64,000 bases of DNA from Camelus dromedarius (taxonomy: Eukaryota): NCBI RefSeq assembly GCF_036321535.1, contig NC_087462.1:434001-498000 (forward strand), written 5' to 3'. Shown piece after piece: positions 1 through 11,382 of the stretch (within the stretch, counting starts at the first letter, position 1; each line of letters starts with the position of its first letter). Below the pieces are notes generated by a model. It searched no databases, was not told the DNA's origin, and saw only the letters and a list, made by a program, of their open reading frames with translations. The translations under genes and the position numbers were made by a program.

Positions 1-13
1 CCATGGTGCCGAG

Positions 14-19
14 AATAAA
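14..19 (+). terminator. Probable poly(A) signal of the upstream PRTN3 gene (gene body outside window)
   Basis: AATAAA in gagAATAAAaggtgaaacac. Position about 3.2 kb upstream of ELANE fits the AZU1-PRTN3-ELANE order, and the context resembles my recollection of the human PRTN3 3' end. Inference. Confidence 0.4.
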
Positions 20-204
20 AGGTGAAACACGCCCCCTGCCTCCTGTGTGTCCTTCCCACAGGGAGATGCAGGAGAGAATGGCCCAGGGGCCTCAGCATCC
101 CAGTCCCCAAACCCTAAACTGGGATGGGGGTTGGAGCAGAGGCCTGGAGTCTGGAGGAGGGCCCAGATCACAGTGGATCCCACCCTCCCAGAAGCCCACA
201 GACA

Positions 205-285
205 TGAGTTCTAATCCAGCCCTGCCAGTGTGACCCTGGGCAAGTTGCTATCCATCTCTGTGTCTCAGTTTCCCCATCTGGAGAT
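205..285 (+). mobile_element. MIR (core SINE) fragment
   Basis: ttctaatccagccctgcc...gtgaccctgggcaagttgct...ctctgtgtctcagtttccccatctg is typical MIR core. Further MIR relics lie near 1620-1760, 5755-5880, 38960-39010 and 51300-51370. Confidence 0.65.
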
Positions 286-2576
286 CTGAGTCACCAGACA
301 TTTCCCAGAACTGTCCGAAGAGCCCCACCCTGGCCCTGGAGGCAGGGGCCGCTCGAGGTCCAGGCGGTCATAAGGTGGGGTGTCCAGGGCCTGTGGGACT
401 CCTGATCCAGCCGGGGCAGGCAGAAGGACTACTAGCAAGGCTTCCTGGAGGAGGCGGCGATGCCTGAGCTGGCTCCCAAGGCTTGAACGGGAACAAAAGA
501 AGGGCCGCCAGGCGCGGCGCAGCACATGCGAAGGTCCTGCGTCAGGACCAGGTTGTGGGCGTGAAGGGCAGCAAGGCACGTGGTGTGGGGAAGGGGCAGG
601 GCCGGCGTGTGCTGGGCCACGGGATGGACCGGTGTCTGGAGGAGAGGCAGGGGTCACTGGCAAGCCAGTCGTGGAGAGGGCGAGTGGCCATGGGAATGAG
701 GCAGCCGAGGCTCAGGGAGAGGGGCCCAGAGGCTGGCGGACTGACTCACCAGAAGTGGAAGGCAGCTCTTTCGTTATTGATTTACTCTGCTGCCACCTGG
801 TGGCAGCATACAAATCCCAACGAGAGCGCGGATTCCCGGGCCGGCCCCCTCTAGTTAACCCTTTGACACCTCCGCTGGCCACCCGCGGGAGGGGCTGAGA
901 CCCGTTTACAGCCACACCAGGAGCAAGCGTGTGCTGAGACTGGCCGGCTGGGTTCCTGGGAAGTGTGTGCTGATCAGTGTCAGGGGGACGCTGGGAAGTC
1001 CCTGAGGCCCAAGGCAGGGAAGTGGGTTCTATAAAAAGCCGAGGGCCTTTTCACGCCCAGCACTGGGGGTAAATGAGGTTTGCTGGAGGGAGTGCTGGAT
1101 TGAGCCCACTGATGGGAAAAGGAGGACCCAGAAGAAAGCCGCCCTGGGTGTTTTCTGTTTTCTGTGAGTGAGTGTGTGTGTGCGTGTTTGAGAAAGATGA
1201 GTCAGAGGGAAGTTCTGCCCAGCAAAGGTCAGACCCCGGATGGGGAGCTAAGGGTGGGGGTCCTGAGGGACCCTGGGTGAGTCTGCTGGAGGTTGGCTGG
1301 GTTGTTGAGATTCAGGGAGCAACACACCTACAGGAACAACAAGCAGGATGTTCCTCAGACCTGGGAGGCCTTGTGGAGAGCAGGGGTCCCCCAGCCTCAG
1401 GCAGTGGGGGAAGACACTCAGGGCAACACCGCTCCGATCCTGAACCAGAATGCTCCCTCCAGAGATGCCTGGCTCCACCCCACGAGGTAGCTTCCACCAC
1501 ACCCTCCGGCCCTCCAGGAGGTGGTTAATGGATAACAAACCCTCAAGGTCTCGCTTTCTTATCTAAGAACTTGACAAAGCTTCATTCCTGTAATCCTCGG
1601 GACGGTCCCGAGAGATGGAGACTATTGTTGTAACTCCCATTTTACAGAGAAGGAAACTGAGGCACAGAGGGCCCAAGTCTGTGGCCTGAAATCCTGCAGT
1701 GGGCAAGTGGCCACTCCAGGATACAAGCCCAGGGTCCACATGCTTAACCCCTGTGACATGCGAGAATGTAGCACACAGCTGGTGCTCAATACATACAGCT
1801 CTGTTTAAATCTGTTCTCTTGGGAGGCACATCCCTCAAAGACACGGCCTCCTCCATTCTTCCCCACCCCCGGATTGGAGATGGTTGTGTATACAGCGGGT
1901 GCTTACTAAGTGCTCTATGGCAACTTTAACTCAACAGGGTGGGGACCCCGCTAAGAGGGGAGGGAGGCAGGGCTGGCTGATGTCCCCAAACCCAGGGAGG
2001 GGTGAAGGGCCGACATTGAGTGCCTGCTGTGTGCTAGGCTCCGGGAGGGCCCAAGAGAGATGGGGGTTTGCTTGCCTGTAGCCACACGTTGAGGGGGGTT
2101 ACCCAGGAACATGCTGGACTCCAGCCCCAGCCCCACCCCGGGTGTCCCTGGGTGCCCCTGCTCTCCAGTTCCTGCAGATGGATCCGTTGGTTCCCTCCCC
2201 TGAACCTTGCTCCCAGCCAGGAGAACGTTGCTTCTTGCGACAGAACTGGCTATGGTTGCAGCTGGAGCTCCCTGGGGGAGGCAGGAAGCGGACAGGGGCC
2301 ACAGGGCTGGGGGCTGGGGGCTGGGGGCTGGCCCGGGGGACCGCGTCTTCATTGTTCGGCAGGAATTCCTCCAAGGTCCAGGCTGAAGCTCTCAAGCTGG
2401 GGTGGAGTTCCATGGTCCAGCCTCCAGGCCTGGGCAGGAGTTCTTACCAGGCTGGAAGGGGGTTCAGTGAAGCTCAAGGGGTGGGGTGGGGTGGGAGGGG
2501 TCCTTTCCCAGAACCTCTGAGGGCCGCCAGAGTCTGAGTTCCCGTTGTAAGCAACAACCAAAGAGTGCTTGGAGGT

Positions 2577-2660
2577 GGGGAGGGTAGAGCTCGGTGGTAG
2601 AGCATGTGCTTAGCATGCATGAGGTCCTGGGTTCAAACCCCAGGACCTCCATTTAAAAAA
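2577..2660 (+). mobile_element. tRNA-Ala-derived SINE (camelid vic-1-like), short copy
   Basis: ggggagggtagagctcggtggtagagcatgtgcttagcatgcatgaggtcctgggttcaaaccccaggacctcca, with A and B boxes, followed by an A/GA tail. Confidence 0.8.
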
Positions 2661-2848
2661 GAGAGAGAGAGGTTGGAAATCAAGACCAGGAGGGAGACTC
2701 GAGGCTCAGAGAAGAAGATTCAAGTCCCCACCATGACCCTGGGTAGGCGACTCACGGGGAGGCCCCCTGGGTACACGTGGGGGCTGCTATTACAGGGCTC
2801 CAAGTGAACTGAGGCACGTGGGGGGACCCAGCCAATGTCCTTTGGGCC

Positions 2849-3027
2849 TAGGGTGGCCAGATTTAGGAAAAATACAGGGCACCCAGTTAACTCCGCGTGT
2901 CAGATGAAGACTCACTCTGCAGATAAGCACACCCTGTGTGATGTTGGGGATGTGCTTACCCTGAAGACTAAGGTTTATCTGACAGCCCAGTTTAGTTGTG
3001 CGTCCCGGATCTTGTCTGGTGACCCTA
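2849..3027. mobile_element. MER53-like palindromic hAT MITE upstream of ELANE
   Basis: Terminal inverted repeats tagggtggccaga / tctggtgacccta (11/13 complementary). Internal gatttaggaaaaatacagggcacccagttaa matches the recalled MER53 consensus. Confidence 0.7.
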
Positions 3028-3110
3028 CCGAGCCAGCCCCCGCCTGGCACTGGTCCTGCCCCCACCGTTCTTCCCAGCACCCACCTCGTCCCCTGCATCC
3101 CCAGGATGGG

Positions 3111-3180
3111 GAGAGGAAGTGGGGGCGCCTGGCCCCACCGTGGGGCAACTGCAACGGCCTCTGGGCATGGGGGCTATAAG
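3111..3180 (+). promoter_or_regulatory. ELANE myeloid proximal promoter (PU.1, C/EBP-like, c-Myb, TATA)
   Basis: GAGGAAGT at 3113-3120, gggcaactgCAACGG at 3143-3157 and TATAAG at 3175-3180. This is the same order as the described neutrophil elastase promoter. Confidence 0.7.
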
Positions 3181-3229
3181 AGGGAAGGGTGGGCAAAGGG
3201 GGCAGAGTCACCAAAGCCCCCGCCCAACC

Positions 3230-5336
3230 ATGACCCAGAGCTGCAGACCCTCCAGCCCTGCCCTCGCCTCCGTCCTGCTGGCCATGCTGCTGGGCGGTGA
3301 GTGGGGCCCGTGCCTGTCCCTGGGCATCCATTCCTGCCTCCCCACTTGCCCTGGACCCTTCTTGGCCCCCTCATCCTCCTGGGGAGTGACAGCTGGGAGA
3401 GGAGGAGACTGAGGGTCTGAGTGGTGAGGTCTGAACAGGGGCAGTCACTGGGCACTCTTCAGGGCCTCCAAGAGAGTGAAGTCCAGATCCAGCTGCACCC
3501 TGGCAGCGGGACCGCTCAGGCCCCCTCTCCACCCAGTGGGTTCCCAGTGGGGGTTCAGGGCCAGCTGGCCCAGGGCAGGGTTTCCCTGCGCCACTCACTG
3601 CCCGCACGGCACTTGTCCTCAGGCCCCGCGCTGGCCTCAGAGATAGTGGGGGGCCAGCCCGCCCGGCCGCATGCGTGGCCATTCATGGTGTCCCTGCAGC
3701 GGCGTGGAGGCCACTTCTGTGGTGCCACTCTGATCTCACGGAACTTCGTCCTGTCAGCGGCACACTGCCTGAACGGCCTGTGAGTGTCCCCCGCGTCCCC
3801 ACCCTGTTTCCAGCCCGCCCACCATGCGTGGGGCCAGGATGGCACTGCCACCTCCCTCCTGAGCCCGGGGTTGGGGGATCTTCCGGCACAGGCATGAGGG
3901 TCTGCAGGTCCTGCTGCTCCCGGTGGGGGGGGGGGGGTCTCTCTACCGATCCCCACCCCAGGGTGCCCCAATCACCTCCTGTCCCCCCTATCAGAAACTT
4001 CCGGTTGGTGCGCGTGGTGTTGGGGGCCCATAACCTGGGGCGGCGTGAGCTCACCCGGCAGACGTTCAGGGTCCGGCGGGTCTTTGAAAACGGCTTTGAC
4101 CCCCTGAGCCTGCAGAACGACATCGTGGTTCTCCAGGTGCGCGGCAGCTGGGGGCAGCCATGGCAGGTGCAAAGGCGCAGGGGGAGGCTTGCGGAGGGCA
4201 GGGAAGGGGCAAGGGGCTGGGGGACATGTTGGGGGCAGACCTGGTGTCTCCCCGCCGTCTCTCTGTGCCTCAGTCTCTCCCTCCGTAAAACCAGGAAGTA
4301 ACCCCCGCCCCTCTGCAGGGCTGTTGAGAGATCAGAGATGACAGCAGGGAAGCTCGGAGCAGCTGTCGATCAACACACCACTGTGATTTTGTGTGCCCGC
4401 TGGCCAAGGGCAGGGACAGTCTCCGTCTCTGTGAAATGCGGCAAAATCCCCCACATTTGGTGGGCGGGAGACTGGAGGGAGCGACCTGCCCTCCCGCCGC
4501 TGCACCTGCTGTTTACTGCACCCGAGACACGTCCAGGGCCACCCAGAGACATAGTGGCCGCTCCCACCTTACAGATGGGGAAACCGAGGCCCAGGGTGGG
4601 GAGCATCTTGCAGGGTGGGCGCCCCTCTCTGCAGTATCTCAGGACGATGATGGAACTTCAGGCAGGGAAACCGGGGCCTAGAGAGGCAAGGGCTGCCGCT
4701 CACCGCCCCCCCGTGACGTGCCACTGCCGTCTCCCCCACTGCAGCTCAATGGGGCGGCCACCCTCAACGCCAACGTGCAGGTGGCCCAGCTGCCTGCCCA
4801 GGACCAAGGCGTGGGCGACGGGGTGCAGTGCCTGGCCATGGGATGGGGCCAGCTAGGCACGGACCAGCCGGCAGCTCGAGTCCTGCAGCAGCTCAACGTG
4901 ACCGTGGTGACGGCCCTCTGCCGCCCTGCCAACGTGTGCACCCTGGTGCCACGCCGGCGAGCTGGCATCTGCTTTGTAGGTACCCTGTGTCCCCCCAACC
5001 CCTACCCCATCCCCACCCAGGCTGCAGAAACCAGGACTGCAGCCAGACCCCTGGAAAGACATCCCCATCCTGAAGGGCAGTGTGTGGGGCTGTGAGGGCA
5101 GGGCTTCCCAAACTTGTCTGACTCCGCAGGGGGACTCCGGCGGGCCCCTGGTCTGCAACGGGCTGGTCCAGGGGATCGACTCCTTCATTCGGGGGGGCTG
5201 CGCCTCTGGGCTCTTCCCAGACTCCTTTGCCTCCGTCGCCACGTTCGCAGACTGGATCAACTCCATCATCCGCCGCTATGGGGGCAGTGACCACCCCCCT
5301 CTCCACCCCAGGAACCCCGTGGGCAGAACCCCCTAG
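3230..5336 (+). CDS. ELANE: Neutrophil elastase, 267 aa, 5 exons
   Basis: Exons 3230-3296, 3623-3779, 3995-4136, 4745-4975, 5130-5336 (67+157+142+231+207=804 nt), all GT-AG and in frame. Signal peptide, SE-IVGG activation site, [12 protein letters not shown], and triad motifs AAHC / NDI / GDSGGP are present. Confidence 0.97.
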
Positions 5337-5412
5337 AAAGGGCTGCCCCGTTACCCACCTAACCTGCCCCTGGCTGAGCCCTTCCCACATGGCATCACGC
5401 AGCATCTGTCAC

Positions 5413-5418
5413 AATAAA
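5413..5418 (+). terminator. ELANE poly(A) signal
   Basis: AATAAA 76 nt after the stop codon, followed by a GT/T-rich downstream element. Confidence 0.85.
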
Positions 5419-6779
5419 AGCTCTCTGTTTTGTAGAATATCTGGGTGTGTGTTGGTTGAACACCTGGAAGTCACAAGTCCTCCAGAGAATGTTTTGGGCA
5501 TGGCACGAGTACGCTGCCACCAGGTAGAGGCAAATTCAGGGCACTGGGGTAAGAAGTCCTTTTCCTGCCCTCCACAAAAGGATGCTAGTGGTGGTTTCTG
5601 GTTCCCCCTCCTGTAAAGCATAATTAAACCAGCCTTGCAGGTGGTGGGAACACAAAGCGCTGCAGCAGGAGTCCGCCGAGTGCTGACGAGGCACAGAAAC
5701 CACTGCGTCCCCGCAAGTGCACACGCATCCCTTCCTGTCTCCAGCCCTCGCGGCCCCGTTTTACAGATGAGGAGGTGCAGAGAAGTGTGACGTCGCATTC
5801 AGGAGCCTGGGTTCCAGCCCCAGCTTTGTGACTTTGGGCAACTTGCTCCCTGTCTCTGAGCCTCAGTTTCCCCATGGGGAAGAGTGAGGTGCTGTCTAGG
5901 AAGGATCCGGGCAGGAGCTGGGGTCCCAGGCCAGCCTCGACCTCACTGGGTGGGGAGACGATCTCTCCTCCACCTACCCAGCCTTCGCCTTGGTGGGGTC
6001 GGGGGCGGAGGGCGGCAAAGCAGAGCAGGTATTTTGCAAGGAGTCACCTAGCCCCAAGGGAGGCACAGCCTGGGGAGGCGACCAGCCAGTACCCTCTTCT
6101 GCTTCCTTGAGCCTGGGGAGGAACCCCTGGGGGCCACAGGCGGGGACCGCGGCACACACACGGCCTCTCTCATCAGGCGGCTCACAGTCTAGTGGTGGGG
6201 GAACAGCCGCCCAAGCGAGCAAGTGAGAGAAGGGACGCCACCTCCCTCACCCTGCCGCCACAGCGCAAGGTGGGAACAAACCCCTCCCACCCTGTCCCCC
6301 CACCGCTCTCCTCCCAGTGGGCCCCACCAGCCTGGGCCCCACGCCAGGGTCTTTACTTTGGCTGTTCCCTCTGCCCGCCTGCTCTCCCCACCGGGTGCCC
6401 CCTGGGCACACCGCACACACACATGCACACTGCTCAGAAAGGTGACCCGCTGCCCTGCAATTGCTTTTTCCACTTAATACTACACCCTGTCCGTCTTTCC
6501 GCGTCAACAAAGCATCCGGGGACAAGCAGGGTTATTTATTGAACCGTCCTGTCTTGTTGGGTCATTTCCAAACTTTGTTGCAATTTCCAATACTCTTACA
6601 TAATCTGGACTCCACATCCCAATGGGCTTTTGGTCAGAGTTTCTGATTTTAGCCAGGAAGCATGTTAGGATCTGACCAGTCACATTTGTGACGTTGTTTC
6701 CTATTTTTCTCTGTACAAATGAAATAGTCCACTGTGAAAGAAAAAGAAGTAAAAGTAAAAATACTGCACACTGTCCCCA

Positions 6780-7100
6780 CTGGGTATGTTCGAGGTCCCC
6801 TCCCACTTCTGGTTGCAGGAAGCACCTCTCTTAGTAGGTTCAGGAGATGCTGACCCACCACCCCCAACTTACAGAGGCCACGTGACCCAGGTTCCGCTCA
6901 TTGGAACCTATCAGCTCCTGCCCACAATGAGTGTTTAGGAGCATGAGATCCAAGCTCGGCCAATCAGAGACAGCCTTGAGATGTTGCCTAGAGGGATGGG
7001 GAATTTGCGGAGGGGCTCCTGAGGTCACAGTGAGGGCGCCTGGTGAGGAAAAAGCCATCAAAGAGGAAAGGGGGGAACCAGAGGCACAGACCTAACATTG
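6780..7100. mobile_element. Ancient ERVL-type LTR-like fragment (family uncertain)
   Basis: ggccacgtgacccagg...gatccaagctcggccaatcagag resembles old LTR16/LTR33-type relics. Recognised by eye only. Confidence 0.35.
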
Positions 7101-7706
7101 TTCAGGTGCCTGGAACAAGCTACACCTGAAGGTAGACCGGGAACTTTCCATTTAAATGTCCTTGTTGAAGGCTCCTCCACTCAGTTCGACTAGATTTTTC
7201 CATCACTTGTATCCAACAGGTTTTCCAGCTGCCCTACACGCTACCTTTCCAATATTCTACTTGTTGGGGTATCAAGTCCCAGAGCCACAGCAGACCTTCC
7301 CCCGCCCCCACCTGACCTCTTCTCCAAGTGTCCAGAGGAAGAGAAAGAAGGGAGGGGCAGAAAATGAGGAAATGAGTTGTTTACAAACTGTGGTCTCCAG
7401 CTGCTGTTGCGAAACTCTGGGGCTGGAAGGGCACTCTGGGGTTACTGGGCTGGGGGGCAGTTCCATCCCTCTGCTCTGCCTGCTGCCCATCCTGAGGGTC
7501 TGCTCTCCACACCTGGGCTGGGCCTGGGCCAGGCTCAGAGGCAGCCGGCACGCCCAGCAGCCTGTCTACTCTTGGTACAAAATTCCAGCGGGAGATACCC
7601 CCCACCCCACCCCAGGGGGGATGGACAGGAGGCTCCTCTTTGCCCAGCTGGGTCTCTGCCCACTTGGCAGACAGGGCCTGTGGGAGTGCCCGCCCTCTTC
7701 CAGCCT

Positions 7707-7713
7707 CATAAAA
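7707..7713 (+). promoter_or_regulatory. CFD TATA-like box
   Basis: CATAAAA about 50 nt upstream of the ATG at 7762. Confidence 0.5.
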
Positions 7714-7761
7714 GCAGCCCCAGCATCCCGCCTGGGTCAGTGTCGAGGCCCCGGCAGCACC

Positions 7762-9884
7762 ATGGCGGGCCGCTCGCTGCACCTGGCGGCTCTGATCCTC
7801 CTGGGAGTGGCTGTATGCGGTGAGTGGACCTGGGCCTGGTGTGACAGCTGTGGGGGCCACTGGCCTGCAGGGCAGTCAGCCAGAGGGACCCCTTCCATCG
7901 AACACAACTGTCCTCCAGCCCCACTGAGTAGGCAGAGAGGTGGCGGTGTCCACGTGAACACAAGGCTCTGAAAACCAAGGAATTCTCAAAATTTTGACCC
8001 TAGCTTTTTGCGCACAGTGAGACTAACTCTACAGTGGAAAACCTGCAGCCCAAGGGGCAGCTGTCTGGTGGGGCTGTGAGTTTGGTCAGTCCCGTTTTTC
8101 TTATGTTTCAGTTGGAGCCGTTAGGCCGGACGTGTAGGTATGGAATTTGCCCCAGACTCTGTCCCTCACTGCCACCTGTCTTCTTGGGCATTCCTCCCTG
8201 GGCCCCTGGAGTTTGCAACTCTGGGAGGATTCCAAGGCTGGCATTTCAGTTCTGAGGGGTGCTGGAGCTGCCCGGGGGTATAGGGGGAATCTGAGGGCTG
8301 GGCTGCCATCACCCCTGGAGGCCTCACGCAGACCTGCCTGCCTCCAGCAGCACAGCCCCAAGGCCGGATCCTGGGCGGCAGAGAGGCCAAGTCCCACGCG
8401 CGGCCCTACATGGCCTCGGTGCAGGTGAACGGCAAGCACGTGTGCGGAGGCTTCCTCGCCGCCCAGCAGTGGGTGCTGAGCGCCGCGCACTGCCTGGAGG
8501 ACGTGTGAGTGGCCTGGGGCAAAGTTCCCGAAGGGGCTTTTGGTGGGGCCAGGACGTGGCTCTGATGCGGGCCCACCGCACTCCCAGGGCCGACGGGAAG
8601 CTGCAGGTGCTCCTGGGCGCGCACTCCCTGTCGCAGCCGGAGCCCACCAAGCGCCTGTACGACGTGCTCCGCGCAGTGCCCCACCCGGACAGCCGACCTG
8701 ACACCATCGACCACGACCTCCTCTTGCTGCAGGTCTGCTAAGTCTCTCCGCAGTCCCCACTCCTGCACTCGGGCCCCCGCCCCCGCCCCCGCCCCACCCT
8801 AATGCCGGCTTCCGCCCCGTCCCCCAGCTCTCTGAGAAGGCCGTGCTGGGCCCCGCCGTGCAGCCCCTGCCCTGGCAGCGCGAGGACCGAGACGTGGCGG
8901 CCGGCACACTCTGCGATGTGGCCGGCTGGGGCGTGGTCAGCTACACGGGCCGCCGGCCCGACCGCCTGCAGCACTTGCTCCTGCCGGTGATGGACCGCGC
9001 CACCTGCAACCTGCGCACGTACCATGACGGCACCATCACCCAGCGCATGATGTGCGCGGAGAGCAACCGCCGGGACACCTGCAAGGTGTGCGGCGGGGCG
9101 GGGCCGAGCGGGGGAGGGGGGTGATGGAGCGTGTGGCCAGGCGAAGGGATGGGACACAGAAGGGGCTGGCCCGCGGATGGGCGGGGACGACAGAAAGGCA
9201 GGGCGGGAGGCGGGGCTTAGCGCGTGGGCGGAGTTTGCACTGACCAGGATGGATCCAGGAGTGGGCGTGGCCCGAGACAGGTGTCGGGGCCCCAGATGGG
9301 AGGGTCAATCACGGGACAGGCTGGGTGAGCGTGTCTGGCCCGACGTCAAGATAGGGCTGGGAGGAGAGGTGGGATCTGGAAGAGGGTATGTACGAGGCGG
9401 GGCCTGGGCTTGGAGAGGGCGGGGAGTGGGGGCAGGGTCGGAGGAGGAGGCGGATGGCTGAGCCTGGGACAGGTCCGGGACAGAGAGGGGCGGAGCCAAA
9501 ATTCGGGGAGACGGGGCCTTAGTGGGTAGAGCCCGCAGCAGTGAGCAAGGCCCTGGGAGACTGAAGCAACTCCTGGCAGCTCCAGCTGGGAGCAGGTTGC
9601 GGCCAGAGGGACAAGCGGGAATGCAGCGGGCGCCGGTGGAGCTCACCCGACACGGGAGGGCGGGCCGGACGCCTGCGGCCGGGCCTGCACCAGACCTCAC
9701 GACCCCACCCCACCCCACGCAGGGCGACTCGGGAGGCCCGCTGGTGTGCGGGGGCGTGGCCGAAGGTGTGGTCACCTCAGGCTCCCGAGTCTGCGGCAAC
9801 CGCAAGAAGCCCGGCATCTACACGCGTTTGGCTAGCTATGCAGCCTGGATCGACGGCGTGATGGCTGAGGGAGCAGCCGCCTAA
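7762..9884 (+). CDS. CFD: Complement factor D (adipsin), 259 aa, 5 exons
   Basis: Exons 7762-7819, 8348-8504, 8588-8732, 8828-9085, 9723-9884 (58+157+145+258+162=780 nt). GR-ILGG activation site, AAHC, DHDLLLL, GDSGGP and the factor-D-specific self-inhibitory loop [11 protein letters not shown] are present. Confidence 0.97.
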
Positions 9885-9925
9885 GGAGGGCCTGCGGGGC
9901 GGCGGTCGCGGGGGTGGGGCCGAGC

Positions 9926-9931
9926 AATAAA
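9926..9931 (+). terminator. CFD poly(A) signal
   Basis: AATAAA 41 nt after the TAA stop. Confidence 0.85.
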
Positions 9932-11192
9932 GTCAACCCTTCCTGCATCCAGCCTGTCTGTATTGACTGCGCGCTGCGCGCGCGAGAAGACGGAGGCGAG
10001 CCAAGGGGGTGGCCGCAATCAGCAAACAAAAGCGTTTGCCCTGGTAATGCAGTGCCAGGAGGTGAGGTGACCGAAAGGCTGAGACGGCGTGTCCGGCGGA
10101 GGGACCTTCGGAGGCAAAAGTCCAGGGAACTGACGCCTTTCAAGCCTGGCTGGAGCTGCCAGGAGTTGCTTCACACCTCTGCCACACGGTGGCGCTCTTA
10201 CTCTTCCCTGGAAATTGGAGGAGCCCCGAACCCAGGGAGGTGCCCCCCTGGGAGTGGGTGTCCACTGGGTCCGGGGAACGTCCAGCTTTCCCTCTGCTCC
10301 CCAAGCAGAACGTGAAGGCCTTCCGTGTGCAAGATCCCGCTCTAGGCTGAGATTGAGGTACACAGAGAAGTTGTGTTCTTATGACCCAAGTCCCAAATCG
10401 GGAAGCAGGCTCAGAGAGACCGTGTGACTCTCCTGAGGTCACACAGACGCCCCTGAGCAAAGCCTGCAATTGAACCCGGAGCTATGGCGCCTGTGCTCAT
10501 AGGCACCCCAAGGTGCTGCCAGGTTCACTGGCTGAGGAAAGCGGGAAGGAGTCCCAGAGCAGCCACACTGACTGGGGGGTCCAGGTGACTCACTGCCCTC
10601 CCGGGTCTCACTTCACACTTCTGGGAGGTGACAGAGGGCCCTTCTCCCACTTGGATGAGGGGCCACTGAAGCCCAGCACCTAGTAGGCCCCAGGTGTTAA
10701 GCCTGGTCCACTAAGGGAGTCCCTTTGGTTGAAAAAGACAGAGGGTCTGAGAGGTGAAGCCCTGTGCCCCACCAGGGACTAGAATCGGAACCTGTGGCCA
10801 GGTTTCATTTTCCTGTACGGAGGGTTCAACTGGGAGCCATTCATTCATATGTAAACACTTGTCAAACGCCCACTGTGTACCTGGCCCTGGGCTGAGTACT
10901 GGAGACACAGCTAAGACCCAGCCCTGCTCATAGGACCTTAGCCAAATACTCCACTGGACAGGACGGCACTCATCTAGTCATTCTGATGACAAGTCTGAGT
11001 CTTTCCTCAGCCTAGCTGCAAATTTCATAATTTAAGTTGTACACATTTGAAAAAGAGGGGAGAGGGAAACACAGCTGCGGGTCATTCAGCCACGACAGAC
11101 TCATTCATCCAACAGGTATTTCCTGAATGAAACATGACGCCACGGAGTGCCTTTGAAATGATCCAGTTTGGTGGTGGTGGGTGGGGTGCAGG

Positions 11193-11382
11193 AGGATTAC
11201 TGGATTTAGCAAATAAAAATACAGGACATCCAGTTAAATGGGAATTTCAGAAAAACAGCAAATACTGTGTGTAACATAAGTATATCCCATGTAATATTTG
11301 GGACAGATTTATGCTAAGACAGTATGCATCGTCCACCTGAAATTCAAATTGAACTGCATCCTGCGTGTTATTTGGCAACACC
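11193..11382. mobile_element. MER53 palindromic hAT MITE
   Basis: gatttagcaaataaaaatacaggacatccagttaaat...tcccatgtaatatttggga...ctgaaattcaaattgaactgcatcctg...tttggcaacacc. The two arms are complementary. Confidence 0.85.
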
